Origin: Octopus bimaculoides
Taxonomy: Eukaryota
DNA: 40,771 nucleotides
Direction: 5' to 3'
Assembly (NCBI RefSeq): GCF_001194135.2
Contig: NC_068986.1
Location: forward strand, 10,722,926 to 10,763,696
A model generated the notes under the pieces. It had not been told where the DNA came from. It saw only the letters and a program-made list of their open reading frames with translations, and ran no database searches. Numbering within the stretch: position 1 is the first letter of the stretch; each line of letters opens with the position of its first letter. A program made the position numbers and the translations under genes. Shown in pieces: positions 25,733-39,498 of this stretch.

Positions 25733-28702
25733 GAGAAATCAAGTGCCTGCTGTCTGCTACCTGCTGACTTTCCCTCTTTCTTTAAGGAAATTGCTGAATT
25801 GATGTAAACAAAGACATGTTGATCAGCTGACTACTGGTTGACAATCAGCAGGGAAAGCCAACTACTGAGCTGACTACTGGTTGGCAATTAGCACTACTAT
25901 TGAATGATCGCCAAATGCTTAGTGGTATTACATCTGTCGTTACGTTCTGAATTCAAATTCTGCCAAGGTCAACTTTGCCTTTCATCCTTTCAGGGTCGAT
26001 AAATTAAGTACCAGTGGAAAACTGGGGTCAAAGCAATCAGTTCCCACCCACAAAATTTCAGGCCTTGTGCCTTTAGTAGAAAGGATTATCATTGTTATTA
26101 TTATTATTATTTCACGGTCGATAAATTAAGTACCAGAGAAACACTGGGGTTGATGTAATCGACTAGCCCCCTCCCCACAAATTTCAGGCCTTGTGCTTCC
26201 AGTAGAAAGAGTTCTTATTATTATTGGGGTAGCAGCTGGCAGAATCATTAGCACACTGGGCAAAATACTTAGTGGTATTTCATCTCTGTCACTAAGTTGA
26301 GAGTTCAAATTCCGCCAAGATCAACTTTGTCTTTCATCCTCTTGGGGGTCGATAAATTAAATACCAGTCAAGTACTAGGGGTCAATATGAATGACTTTCC
26401 CCTCCCGCAAAATTTCAGGTTTTGTGCCTATAGTAGAAAGGATTATTATTATTAGTTTGGTTGTCGCTGTTGCCAATGACATTGCATGGGAGAAGACAAC
26501 AGGGCCGTGTGTGTCCAGCTGTGGTCAATGAGTCCAATCTGTCCAATGTGTGAACAGAAGGTTCTTCCACAGGTTGGGAACTGGTGGTCTGCGGAGACTG
26601 AAGGCAAGAAGTTGGTCCTCGACTTCCGTAGTTTGCATTTTCTTTTTTTTTTCTTTCTTCCCCTTGCAATACTGTTCTGTACGTGGGAGGTGGCACTTCT
26701 GTTGGTACAGCTTCGCCAGACAGAGTAACATTGTATTCACGTTCCTAAGGGGTCAGAGTTCTTCTCGAAAGCTTTTCAGTGACGCTTTGAGTGTCTTTGA
26801 AGTGTTTTGCTTTTTAAACAATGGATGTAACGAATGGGAGACTGTCAAATAATCAATCAATCAATCATTTCTAGCATCTCAATGTACAGAATATCAACCC
26901 TCATAATTTAACGTCTGTTTTCCATGCTGGTATGGGTTGGATGAATTGACGGTGTCTGGCAAACTGCATGGCATCACTCACTCACACTTCCAGCATCTCA
27001 AGACATAGAAACAGTTGTTAGTATTCACTTCTAGCATTGACTTGAATATCCCTTCCCATGGTGTTCGGAAGGGCATCCAGCTGTAAAAACCTCGCCTGTG
27101 CTTGTGCCACATAAAAAGCACTGAGTCCACTCTGCTGAGTGGTTGCTGTTAGGAAGGACATCCAGCTGTAAAAACCTCGCCAAAACTGACCTCGCCTGTG
27201 CTTGTGCCACATAAAAAAGCACGACTCACCTCACCTGTGCTAGTGCTATGTAAAATGCACTAAGTCTACGCTGCTGAGTGGTTGATGTTAGGAAGGGTAT
27301 CCAACTGTGAAAATCCTGCCACGACAGTCACAAAAGCCTGGTGCAGGCTTCGGTCTGGCCGGCTCTTGTGGTACCATCCCACTCATTCTAGCAAGTAAGA
27401 CAGACGTTAAAGGATGATGATCGACTGCCAGAATAGATTCCACAGAGCCAAACATATCAGATTTACCCTCAAAATTACTCACAAGACAGTTTCCAAGTGA
27501 GTCAATATTTCCTCATGGCCAGACATGTTTTTATGGAAGGTTGGGAACTGGTGACGTTCATTCATAACTATCACATAATGTCAAGACGAGGAGATGCTAA
27601 CATACACATGATGGGATTCTTTCAGTTCCTGCCCAGCAAATCCACTCACAAGGCTTCGGCTATGCTGGAGCTACAGTAAAAGACACTTGCCAAAGTTGCT
27701 ATGCAATGGGACTGAGCCTGAACCAACATGATTGGAAAGTGAACTTTTTAAGCAGACAACCACTTCTGAAGAATTAAATATTTGGCAGCAACATTTGTAA
27801 TAGAAATGAAATGAAGAATAAATATTGAGATGTAACGGCCATTTGAAGGTGGAAGCAAGGAGCTTTCAAAGTGAAACAGATAACTTACCTGTACACTAAT
27901 GATGAGGAAAAAGTGTCAGTGAGATATGACTGGAAGCCAGGAACATATTGCTTGAATGTACGGTTTGTTAACAAATAAAAAACATGGACCTGTAAAAAAA
28001 AAAAAAAGACAAGTGAATGGTAATGATACAGACACACGAGTACACCCAACTCCTACATTCCAGTACATAAGGTATGAACATGAAAACAAAAAGCAGAAAC
28101 CTATTTTAGAAGTACATTTGTGAGCATTATTTACAATGGACAGATAGGTGTCCCCATCTTGTTTGTTATCACAACATTTCGGCTGGTGTACTCTCCAGCC
28201 TTCATCAGGTGTTCTGGTGGAATTTCAAACATAACCCTTTATTTGACTAATGGGGTATTCTGTTCTCATTCCTAAGGTATTCTTTTTTTACTGGTGTTAT
28301 TTTTTGTTGACATTATATAGCATATAGTGTAGTGGATGAAAGTGCAGGCTACTAACCCTCAGATTCTGAGTTCAATCCCAGGCAGGGACTTGGGAAATAA
28401 TATATCAACAAAAAATAACATCAGTAAAAAAAGAATACCTTAGGAACGAAAACAGAGTACCCTATTAGTCAAATAAAGGGTTGGGTTTGAAATTCTATCA
28501 GAACACCTGATGAAGGCTGGAGAACAAATCAGCTGAAATGTTGTGATAACAACAAACAAGGTGAAGACAAATATCCATCCATTGAAGATAAGGTACATAA
28601 TTCCTCAACTCTAAAATATAGATTAATACATTTGTGAGATATCAACATTGAATTTGTTTTGTTTTTTTTCATATAATCATTGGATACAGATTCTTTGTAA
28701 CT

Positions 28703-28744
<42 letters not shown>

Positions 28745-31700
28745 TTTTACTTATTTCAGTTCACATATTCTTTACTTACCAAGGCATCAAATACAACTTG
28801 ATTATATTGTTCCAAAGATTCTGTATAGAACATGTCAAACAAAGCATCCAAGATGTCATGTAAATACTGAAAATAAACAATAAGCTATAATAATAATATT
28901 GTACTACTACAGTAAATCTTTAGATGGTCATAATAATAATAATCATAATAATAATAATAATAATGATAATAATAATCTTTTCTATCCAAGGCACAAGGCC
29001 TGAAATTTTTGTGGGGGAGCAGCCAATTAGATCAATCCCAGTATGCAACTGGTACTTATGAAAAGCAAAGTCAACTTTGCCAGAATATGAACCCAGAACG
29101 TAAAAATGGACGAAATACCGCAAAGCATTTCGCCCGGTGTGCCAACATTTCTGCTATCTCATCATCTTGATGATGATGATGATAATGATGGTTTCAAATT
29201 TTGGCACAAGGCCAGCAATTTCAGGGGAGGAGTTAAGTTGATTTCATCAACCCCCATCTGGTCAACTGGTACTTATTTTATTGACCCCGAAAGGATGAAA
29301 GGCAATGTCAACCTTGGCACCATTTGAACTCAGAACATCAGAATAAAAGGCAGACTGTATAGTGCCTGTGTGCGAACAGCCATGCCACATGGCAATAAAA
29401 CGTGAGCTGTGACTGCAGAGGACATGTGAAGGCTTGAAAGAAATGAAGCTAGAATGCTTCACTGGAGGTGCAATGTCAGTGTGCATGTACGACAGAGCAT
29501 ATCTTGAGAGGATAACTGGGCAGAAGAGGCATCAGATGTAGTGTGCAAGAGAAACAACTGCACTGGTATGGTCATGGGATGTGTATGGATGAGGATAGCT
29601 GCATAAAACGTCAATATCTAACTGTGGAGGGAACCTGTGGAAGAGGTAGAGCCAGGAAGACATGGGACGAGGTGGTGAAGAACAATCTTCGAATGTTGGG
29701 TTTAATGGAGGTGATGACAAGTGACCAAGACATTTGGTGATATGCTGTGCTTGAGAAGATCCGTCAAACCAAGGGAAATCATAGTTGTGGCCGTTGCCAG
29801 TGTCATGTAAATGACACCCATCCCAGTGGTACATAAAAAGCACTCATTACACTCTCAGGGTGGTTGGCATTAGGAAGGGCATCCAGCTGTAGAAACCATG
29901 CCAAATCAGACTGGAACCTGGTGCAGCTCTCTGGCTTACCAGTTTCAGTCAAACCATCCAATCCATGCCAGCATGAAAAGCAGATATTAAATGATGGTGA
30001 TGATGATGACTTGATAATAATCCAACATTATTTTTTTTTTGAGAGGGGGGTGTCATTCCATGTTTGGAGCAGTGATGCTTTACAAATTGCTCTGACAACT
30101 GAGAAATATCTTAAAAACAAAACTTTTACAGAAAAGCTCTCTGCTTACCCTGACAATATCTCTTCCATTAATACTCATCAGCTTCTCCAAACTTTGTTCA
30201 ATTTTGTCAGTTTTCATTCGCCATTGCAATATATCAAGGAGATCTTCTGCAAATTGAGAAAAAACAAAACAAAACAAAGAAATGAAACAACAAATTATTT
30301 CACCAGATTCAACGGCTTCAATATAAACAACATTAGGGTCATCAAGAAAGAGGCCGGTGGACCCTTAACATAATTCTCAAGCAGCTACAACCACTTCTCT
30401 TGACTGCTCTCCCTCTCTTAGCAGGGAGGCCCTTGCTTTGCATGCTACTTGGCAACCCTGCATTGAGTAGTGGTGCTGGTCCTACGTAACAACCCCACCC
30501 ACCGAACTGGTGCCATGTGAAAAGCACCAGTACACCCTGTAAAGTTGTTGGCATTAGGAAAGGTATCCAGCCATAGAAACTACGTCAAAGTAAACATTTA
30601 ATTACAATCCATTCAATAGGCTTCGGTACAATTTCCATCTACCCAGTTTCACTCCCAAGATATGAACTGGTCTGAAGGTGTGGAAAATAACATTTACACA
30701 AGATTCTACAAAGTGAGAATGAACCTAGCATCCAGATTGCAAATTTCAGTTTCTGTCTACTAAATACATTCATGAGTGTTTAGGTAGTCCAGGGCTATAA
30801 GTGATAAAAAAAAAAACACTTGCCCAAGCTGCCATGCAGTGGGATTGAACCTGGAGCCATGTGGTTGGGAAGCAAAACTCTTAACCACACTTTTTAGGAT
30901 AAGATGCTTACAATAAGGACAAGATAATTTTTAGGCTGCTTCCCCCTTGGTTCTAAGACCACATTCCAACCACCCCACCCACTCACCATCACAGACACAA
31001 ACCATTTTCTGCAGCAAATTCAAAACAACAACACTTCACAAATAAGTCTTAACCTAATTAACCCTTTATTTTGTTTGTTTTACAACTATTGCTCCATTTT
31101 GGTTGCCCCATTTTTCTTCAATGCCCCCCACTGGATCTTTCCACCACCCACTTTGGAAATCACTGATTTAAGCTACAAAATAAATAGATAATATTAAAAA
31201 AAGTCACAGAAACTGAATTTAGTCATCTCCTGCTGCACAGACTTGCTGACTGGGCCACCCCCACCCTCTCACAATGTCATTAGCACAGACAAAAAAACAA
31301 CAATAATGCTTCTTTTATTTACCATTTAGGGCTTACAAAAGACATTAGGGTTGGTACAATGTGGGGTTACATGAATAGAAGCCTGTGAGCAGTAAAAATG
31401 ATGGTATAAATTCTAACAACAAAAAAGTCACCAAAACAGGGAGTCTTCTAAGGTCCACTCTTGGAAACTTCACAGAATAAATAAATACAATTTTGGAAAA
31501 AAATGGTAAAGTTCTATATTACTGTTTTGTGTAAACTTTGTGGAACAAAGGCAGGAACTGATGGTCAAAGTGTCTCTGGAATTCCGTTGGTAGATGGCTG
31601 ACACAGATGAAAGAGAGGTTTCCGAAGGACTTTGTGGGAGATTTAAATAATCCATACAGGTTAAATTTACAAGGGTATCACACTGAAACAGAGAGAAAAA

Positions 31701-34700
31701 GTAGTGGTATTTTGTTACATAGACAATGTTAGGATGATTGAATTTCTTAAAAATACCTCAAAACAGAAAGAATTACCAATAAAGGACACGAAACAAAGAC
31801 AAACTTATAAGCAGAACCAAAAGAAATACTTTTGGGGAGGAAAGAGAGAGAGAGAGAGAAAGATAGAGGGCCAAAACTAATATGGGCTCACTACATCATA
31901 TAAACAACCTTTCTTCCCAGCAGTTAAACTCTTCCCTGCTTACATGAAAGCGACCCTAGTTGGAAGTTGGGTACCCCAATCGACTCCTGGGGTATTAAGA
32001 AAACAGGTTCACTCATTGTATTCAGCAGAGGGGAACTATCACGGGCCTCAGTAAATGCAAACCCATCTTATTTAAACTGAAACAGGATGAGAGGGGCTCA
32101 GAGGGTCCTCTTTAGTTCGGGCAGACATCAATAGAAGTTCAATTTATAACATCTACAGCATAAATTGCACCAGTTTAGAAGTAACTGAAACAATTAAGAG
32201 AACTAAACCCCCACCCCACCCTGCCCACTTTTCTCTTTCAAAAAAAAATGATTCAAAAACAGATGAAACATTAATTTGCAAATCATCATCAACAGTAGCA
32301 TCATCATGGCTTAATACTGTCTATTTTGCAACTCTTCACTCCAACTCAACCCCGTTTCTGCTCTATCAGCTATCTCCACTCCCTATTTTCAGACTCATCT
32401 GCATAACTTGTCACCCCTCAACCCTATCCAATCTCTCCAATTGTCACCAACCCTCACTTATTTCCTTGTGAAGTAACATTTTCCCCTGGTCAGGAAATGT
32501 TTTCACAGGGTATTGCAAATGAACAACACCACTTGTATGATGTCATGTTTAAGACAGAAACACACACACACACACACACATACACCCATGCACAGAAACA
32601 CATACGCGGTGGGCTTCTTTTCAAGATTCAATCTCCTAAACACAATAGGACATAGGGAATGGTTGCTTGAGAGAGGCTCCTTTTCATGTCTAGAAGTCTA
32701 CATTATTTTCTACTGAAATCTTTGGGGAGGGGGCCAGTCAATTAGATTGACCCTAGTACGCAACTGGTACTTAATTTACTGACTCCGAAAGGATGAAAGG
32801 CAAAGTCAACTTCAGCAGAATTTGAACTCAGAACATAAAGACAGACAAAATACCGCTAAGCATTTGGCCCCGCATGCTAACATTTCTGCCAGCTCGCTGC
32901 CTGGAAGTCTACATTGCCACACTAGAGATAACTGGATCATGGCATCCCAGGCTTTACCAATTTGTGAGTGTCTACATTACATAGACCCTTCTCTCAAAAT
33001 TGGAAAGAAGACAGAGTGGAGCCTACGTTCGCATGCTAAGACTGGTTTTCAGTGTCACCTGGAGAGACTGCCTGACCAATAAGCGATTGAATGGGAACCT
33101 TTGTGCAGTAACAGACAACAAGGAGCATGGAATAAGATTCACAGGGCATTGCTGGAGAGCTACAGATGAAGTTGTTAGTGAAGCTCTTTTGTGAGAGCCT
33201 GCACAAGGAAGAGCTAGCAGAGCATGAGATGCAGAGACCGGTATTAAGCAGATTTGTGACAACATCAACTGCAATTGCTCTCACCTGCCAAGTATGAAAG
33301 ACAATAGAATTGGATGGCGATAGAGAGTCACAGGAATCCATGCAAGCAGTGTAAGTGGTGGTGGTGGTGGCGATGACGATGACGATGACAATGACGATGA
33401 TGATGATGAAGGTGATGATCTGCTAAATCTGCTCACACACACAATATTCTGTTATGTGTTTCAGCCCTAAGGCTGTGGCTATGTTGGGGCACCGCAAGTA
33501 ATAACAAGTCTCCCTGGCGGGGAATCGAACCAGGTCTCCTGCATGACAGGTGGGGATTAATGGTGTGAAAGTATGGCACAATGCTAGCAAGCTCGAGGAA
33601 GGGGATAAGCCCGATTACATTGACCCCAGTACATAACTGGTACTTATTTTAGCGATCACGAAAAAAATGAAAGGCAAAGTTGACCTTGGTGGAATTCAAG
33701 CTGAGGTAAGGACTTTCGAGCGAGATCGTTGCCAGTGCCCCTGGACTGGCTCTTGTGCGGGTGGCACATAAAATGCACCATTCTTGAGCGTGGCCATTGC
33801 CAGTACCGCCTGACTGGCCTTCGTGCGGGTGACACGTAAAAGCACCCACTACACTCTCTGAATGGTTGGTGTTAGGAAGGGCATCCAGCTGTAGAAACTC
33901 TGCCAAATCATATTGGAGCCTGGTGTAGCCCTCTGGTTTCACCAGTCCTCAGTCAAATCATCCAACCCATGCTAGCATGGAAAGTGGACGTTAAACGATG
34001 ATGATGATGATGATGATGATGATGAATGTAGAGGCTGACGAAATGCTGCTAAATGTTTTGCCTGGCATGCTAAGGGCTCTGCCAACTCACCCCCTTAATA
34101 GTTTTAAACATTAAAGAGAAAGATGTTCTTACTTTATAAATACACAAAGTGTGGGTGGCGTCTGTTAATGTTATATCTTGATTGGTAATTTTGATGAAAG
34201 AAAACCCGAGCAAATTGTCCCCTTGCTTTTTGTCACTTGCTACAAATGAAGAAAAAAAAGAGAGCAAAATCAAATCAAAAACTGTTAAAAACCTGCATAA
34301 AACAAACAACAACAAAAAGTGTGAGAAGGGATAAACTTTTTGGCTACAACTTACTTGAACAATGCCGCAGTTCCAGTCGGATGTGTGCACCAGTGAACTT
34401 CTCTATGGGTAAAGTAAACTGCAAAGTGGACAAACATAGCCTTATGGTTTACAGGGGTAAAGACAGTTCATCTGATATTTTATATATATATATATATNNN
34501 NNNNNNNNNNNNNNNNNNNNNNNNNNNNNNNNNNNNNNNNNNNNNNNNNNNNNNNNNNNNNNNNNNNNNNNNNNNNNNNNNNNNNNNNNNNNNNNNNNNN
34601 NNNNNNNNNNNNNNNNNNNNNNNNNNNNNNNNNNNNNNNNNNNNNNNNNNNNNNNNNNNNNNNNNNNNNNNNNNNNNNNNNNNNNNNNNNNNNNNNNNNN

Positions 34701-37700
34701 NNNNNNNNNNNNNNNNNNNNNNNNNNNNNNNNNNNNNNNNNNNNNNNNNNNNNNNNNNNNNNNNNNNNNNNNNNNNNNNNNNNNNNNNNNNNNNNNNNNN
34801 NNNNNNNNNNNNNNNNNNNNNNNNNNNNNNNNNNNNNNNNNNNNNNNNNNNNNNNNNNNNNNNNNNNNNNNNNNAAGTTTCAAGAACTCATCGATGAAAA
34901 TCCACTATCACATATAGAAAAATTAATAATTAAAAGCACAATAAATGAGTATAATATAAAGTAAAGTAAATATCATAAGATAAATATAATATAATATAAT
35001 ATAATATAATATAATATATTTATCTTATGATATTTACTTTATATTATACTCATCTATTGTGCTTTTAATTATTAATTTTTCTATATGTGATAGTGGATTT
35101 TCATCGATGAGTTCTTGAAACTTGGTTATTTTCCCTAAAACTATATATATATACACATACATATATATAAAGATATATATATATAGATAGATAGATAGAT
35201 AGGTAGACAGACAGACAGACAGATAGCAATCCAACAAAATAATGAAGAACTAGAAAAGCACTTGGAGAGCGCAGACCTCCGCCAAGCAGCTCATTTCCAC
35301 CCATATACACGCAAGCTGAAAATCGCCCAATTTCCCAAACCAACTCCAGCAAAAACATAACCTCCTTGGCGGGGGTAAAAAAATAATAATACAGCATGTA
35401 ACATTGTAATACTTCATGTAAAGTAAATATAACAAATGAAAAATCCTTCAAGAATCCATAAAAATTCCCGGATCACTACCACAATTTCATCATCTGTTCC
35501 TTGTGTCATTACCAACTTTTCCTGCAAGTTTCATCAAATACCATTCACAACTTTTTGAGTTATTTTGCACACAGACGGACAAACCAACGCCAATGAAAAC
35601 ATAACTTCCGTCCTTGGCGGAGGTAATTATTTTCTTCACCTGTGCTGGTGCCACATAAAAAAAGCTCTCAGTAAACTCTGTAAAGTGGTTGGCATTAGGA
35701 AGGACATGCCATTATTAAAACCATGCCAAAAGCAGGCAATGGAGCTTGGTGCAGCTCTCTGGCTTGCCAGTTACTGTCAAACCATCCAGGCCATGCTTGT
35801 ATGGAAAACGGACATTAAATGATGATGACAATGATTGTTTCAAATAGGTTGAGGCACCGTTTCCACACTATACAATGGTTCATATGCATAATCATTCAAT
35901 TAATAACAGGACAGTTAAGTACAAGTCATTCTCTTTGGAGAATAAAGGTTATTATAGTAGATTTTCAGATTCTGCTACAATCCAAACTTGTGGAAATGAG
36001 ATTGTTGACAACAGACATATCAATTTACCTTTCTTGATTTATCATCACCATCATCATCATCATTGTTTAACGTCCGTTTTCCATGCTGGCATTGGTTGGA
36101 TGGTCTGACAGGGGTCTGGGAAGCCAGGTGTCTGCACCAGGCCCCAATCTGATCTGGCAAGGTTTCAACAGCTGGATGCCCTTCCTAACGCCAACCACTC
36201 CAAGAGTGTAGTGGGTGCTTTTTACATGCCACTGGCACAGGGGCCAGAGGAGCTGGCATCGACCACGATCGGATGGTGCTTTTTACATGCCACCTATCTC
36301 TTTGCCAAATTCACAGTCCTGAGATGTCAAGATTTCAATCAAGTGTTGGAGTGTATTACTCAACGAGAACGTAGCTTCGAGAAGATCACTGCTATTTAAC
36401 AACTTTATTTGCTGACCAGTGGTCATTTCCAGCACACTGATGTTAAGTGGTGATAAGATAACTTACCCATACACTGAAAATGTGGAACATATAAGGTGCA
36501 AGAAAGGAAAAGTATAAGGAAAGGAAAAAAAGAAGGGGAAGTATTTGAGAGGAGGTTAAAGTGTGATAGAGGGACAAGCATAGGTGTCTTACTTGTGAAG
36601 AGATATAATGCTGGCTACTCAGCATTATATAAGATGGTGGGAGATGAGAGTAGCTGAGAAGAAGATAAGCTGGTAGTGAAGGGAAACTCAAGAAGTAAGG
36701 GTGAGCATAAAAGCAGATCAGGAGTGGGGATTATGTAAATTATATAAAAAAAAAAAATTTACAGCATTTAGATTTACACAAATAAGATTGGGGGGAACCA
36801 AAACCATTGTATCAATGGCAGAAAAGACAAAGGAAAGGTGGTGAGGAGTTTCTGAGGAGAAGAAATACAGAATATTGGTAAATGATGGAATATGGGTGTG
36901 CAAAGATAGTAATCTATAGATGAGAATATTTTAGTTAGAAAAGTCATAAGTCACCTTGACTGTTTCCTTCCATTTTGGGTTATTGGAGTGATAGAAAACT
37001 GTGGAATGATAATATGAAGATGGTGGTTCACCAATACCTCGATAAATACAATCCTGCAGAAAAAAAAAGGGAAAAAACAGCCATAAATTCACAATCCTCA
37101 TGAATTACAATAGAGATAATAATTTGTTTTATATATATATATATATATATTCTTTTATTCTTTTATTTGTTTCAGTCATTTGACTGTGGCTATGCTGGAG
37201 CACTGCCTTTAGTCGAACAAATTGACCCCAGGACTTATTCTTTGTAAGCCTAGTACTTATTCTATTGGCTTCAATTGCCAAACTGCTAAGTTACAGGGAT
37301 GTAAACACACCAACATCGGTTGTCAAGCAATGGTGGGGGGACAAAAACAGACACACACACATATACGACGGGCTTCTTTCAGTTTCCATCTACCAAATCC
37401 ACTCACAAGGCTTTGGTCAGCCCAAGGCTATAGTAGAAGACACTTACCCAAGGTGCCATGCAGTGGGAATGAACCCGGAGCCATGTGGTTGGTAAGCAAG
37501 CTACATACCACACAGCCATGCTTGTATACACACACACACACACACAGAATGTAAATTTTCAATGAAGCATATATATTAGGTGGACGTTCTGGAGAATCAT
37601 ATTTGCAGAGTAAGTTTATATTAAAACAAAGGTTGGAAAATTTGGTACGTTTTTAATTCCATGTTACACACATTTCATTACAGGATAGAAGTTACACTGT

Positions 37701-39451
37701 ATAAACAGACAAAAATATATATATATGTAGTGGCCTGCCCATCAAGCCAGCCTGTTTTGCATAGGTGTGTACATGTGTATGCAGCTATGTCTTTACACTT
37801 ATGCTCTGCAAAAGTTGGGAACTATAGCAGTGTTGCTGTCAATAAATTGTCCATTCATTTTGTGTGTGTGAAGAAAAAAATCCCTAACCTGAAAAACAGG
37901 TATGGGTTAGTGACTGTAAAGGCAGCCAACCGTAAAACAATGCCTTTATAATATATACATCTAATCCAGGCTAGTATACAAACATAGATATAAAAATGTA
38001 TTGTTATCCATAGAAAACAATACAAATGCAACTGAATCAAATACAAGAGAAAATCGCCATTTTGTTTATGCTCTGACAAGAATATAAGACAAGGTAATGA
38101 TTTCTTAACTTACAGGAATTAGTTCTCCGATGCTGTCGAAAGCTTTCATTGTCACTTCTACATTCTTTGCCGATGTCTTATTGCCTCGTTCAAACTCGCC
38201 ATGGGACAAAACTATATACAGATCATTCCGTATATCACCTAATGTAAGAAAAAATTAAATTTAAAAAGTGCTAACAAACAAGCATTGAAGAAAAACATTT
38301 ATCCATCCATTCCCTCTGTCCACTATTCCTGGGGGTGGGGGATCATGAGGGGTAGAGTCCTCAGGCACCTCCTTCCAAGGGGCCTACCAAAAGCAACCGT
38401 CATTACACTTCCCAGCTGGATTCCCAAACATGACCAACCAAGGTTAAGGATATCACCCAACCATCTCATTCTTGAGTTATCCTTAGGTCTCCTGTTGGTT
38501 GGCTCAGCTTCAAGAATCTGTCTTGTGATTCTTTCCTGCAACATTCTAATCACATGTCCGTTGTACTGGACTGTGCCCCCTCATAGCAGAGAAGTAGCAA
38601 CACAACCTGGAGAGAGGCCCTAATCTCCAAGCTATGCACCCTGTTGAGTAACATTAGCCAAGAGATATTTTGGAAGAACCCCATTTCAGCTGCTTGTATT
38701 TACGCCTTTACTCTTTTTGGTCATTAACTAGCAAGGAGAGCAGATGTCACATCATCATGATGATGATGATGATGATGACCATTAAAATTGTAATGATGAT
38801 ATTGGTTTTAAATAGCTTTTCAGCAATCATGCATGAGCAGAAAAGTGGCACAGAAGTAATTGGTCCAATGATTATGGATACACCTAAAATGGTGCCAATG
38901 AAATAGTACCTGCTCTGTTCCTTTCATACAACCGGATCCCTGGTGTGTTTCAGGTAACCCTTCAAAATATGACAGTTTACACTAGTATTAAAAATGTCCA
39001 TTTTGTGAGAGCAACCCTCTCTACTTTGTATATTGCTATTAAAATACTTTGTATATGAGCACTAAGAAATAGAAGAGCACTCTGTCGGTTACGACAACAA
39101 GGGTCCCAGTTGATACAATCAACGGAACAGCCTGCTCAAGAAATTAACGTGCAAGTAGCTGAGCACTCCACAGACATGTGTACCCTTAATGGTGTTCTCA
39201 GGGAGATTCAGTGTGACACAGAATGTGACAAGGCTGGCCCCTCTTGAATTACAGGTACTACTCATTTCTGCCAGCTGAGTGGACTGGAGCAATGTGAAAT
39301 AAAGTGTTTTGCTCAAGGACACAACGTGTCACCGGGAATTGAACTCATGACCTTACGATTGTGAACCGAATGCCATAACCACTGAGCCACATGCCTGGAC
39401 ACAAAGAAATATGTTGTTAAGAGTAGCAAGAATTTAGAAATAGCACAGAGA

Positions 39452-39498
<47 letters not shown>

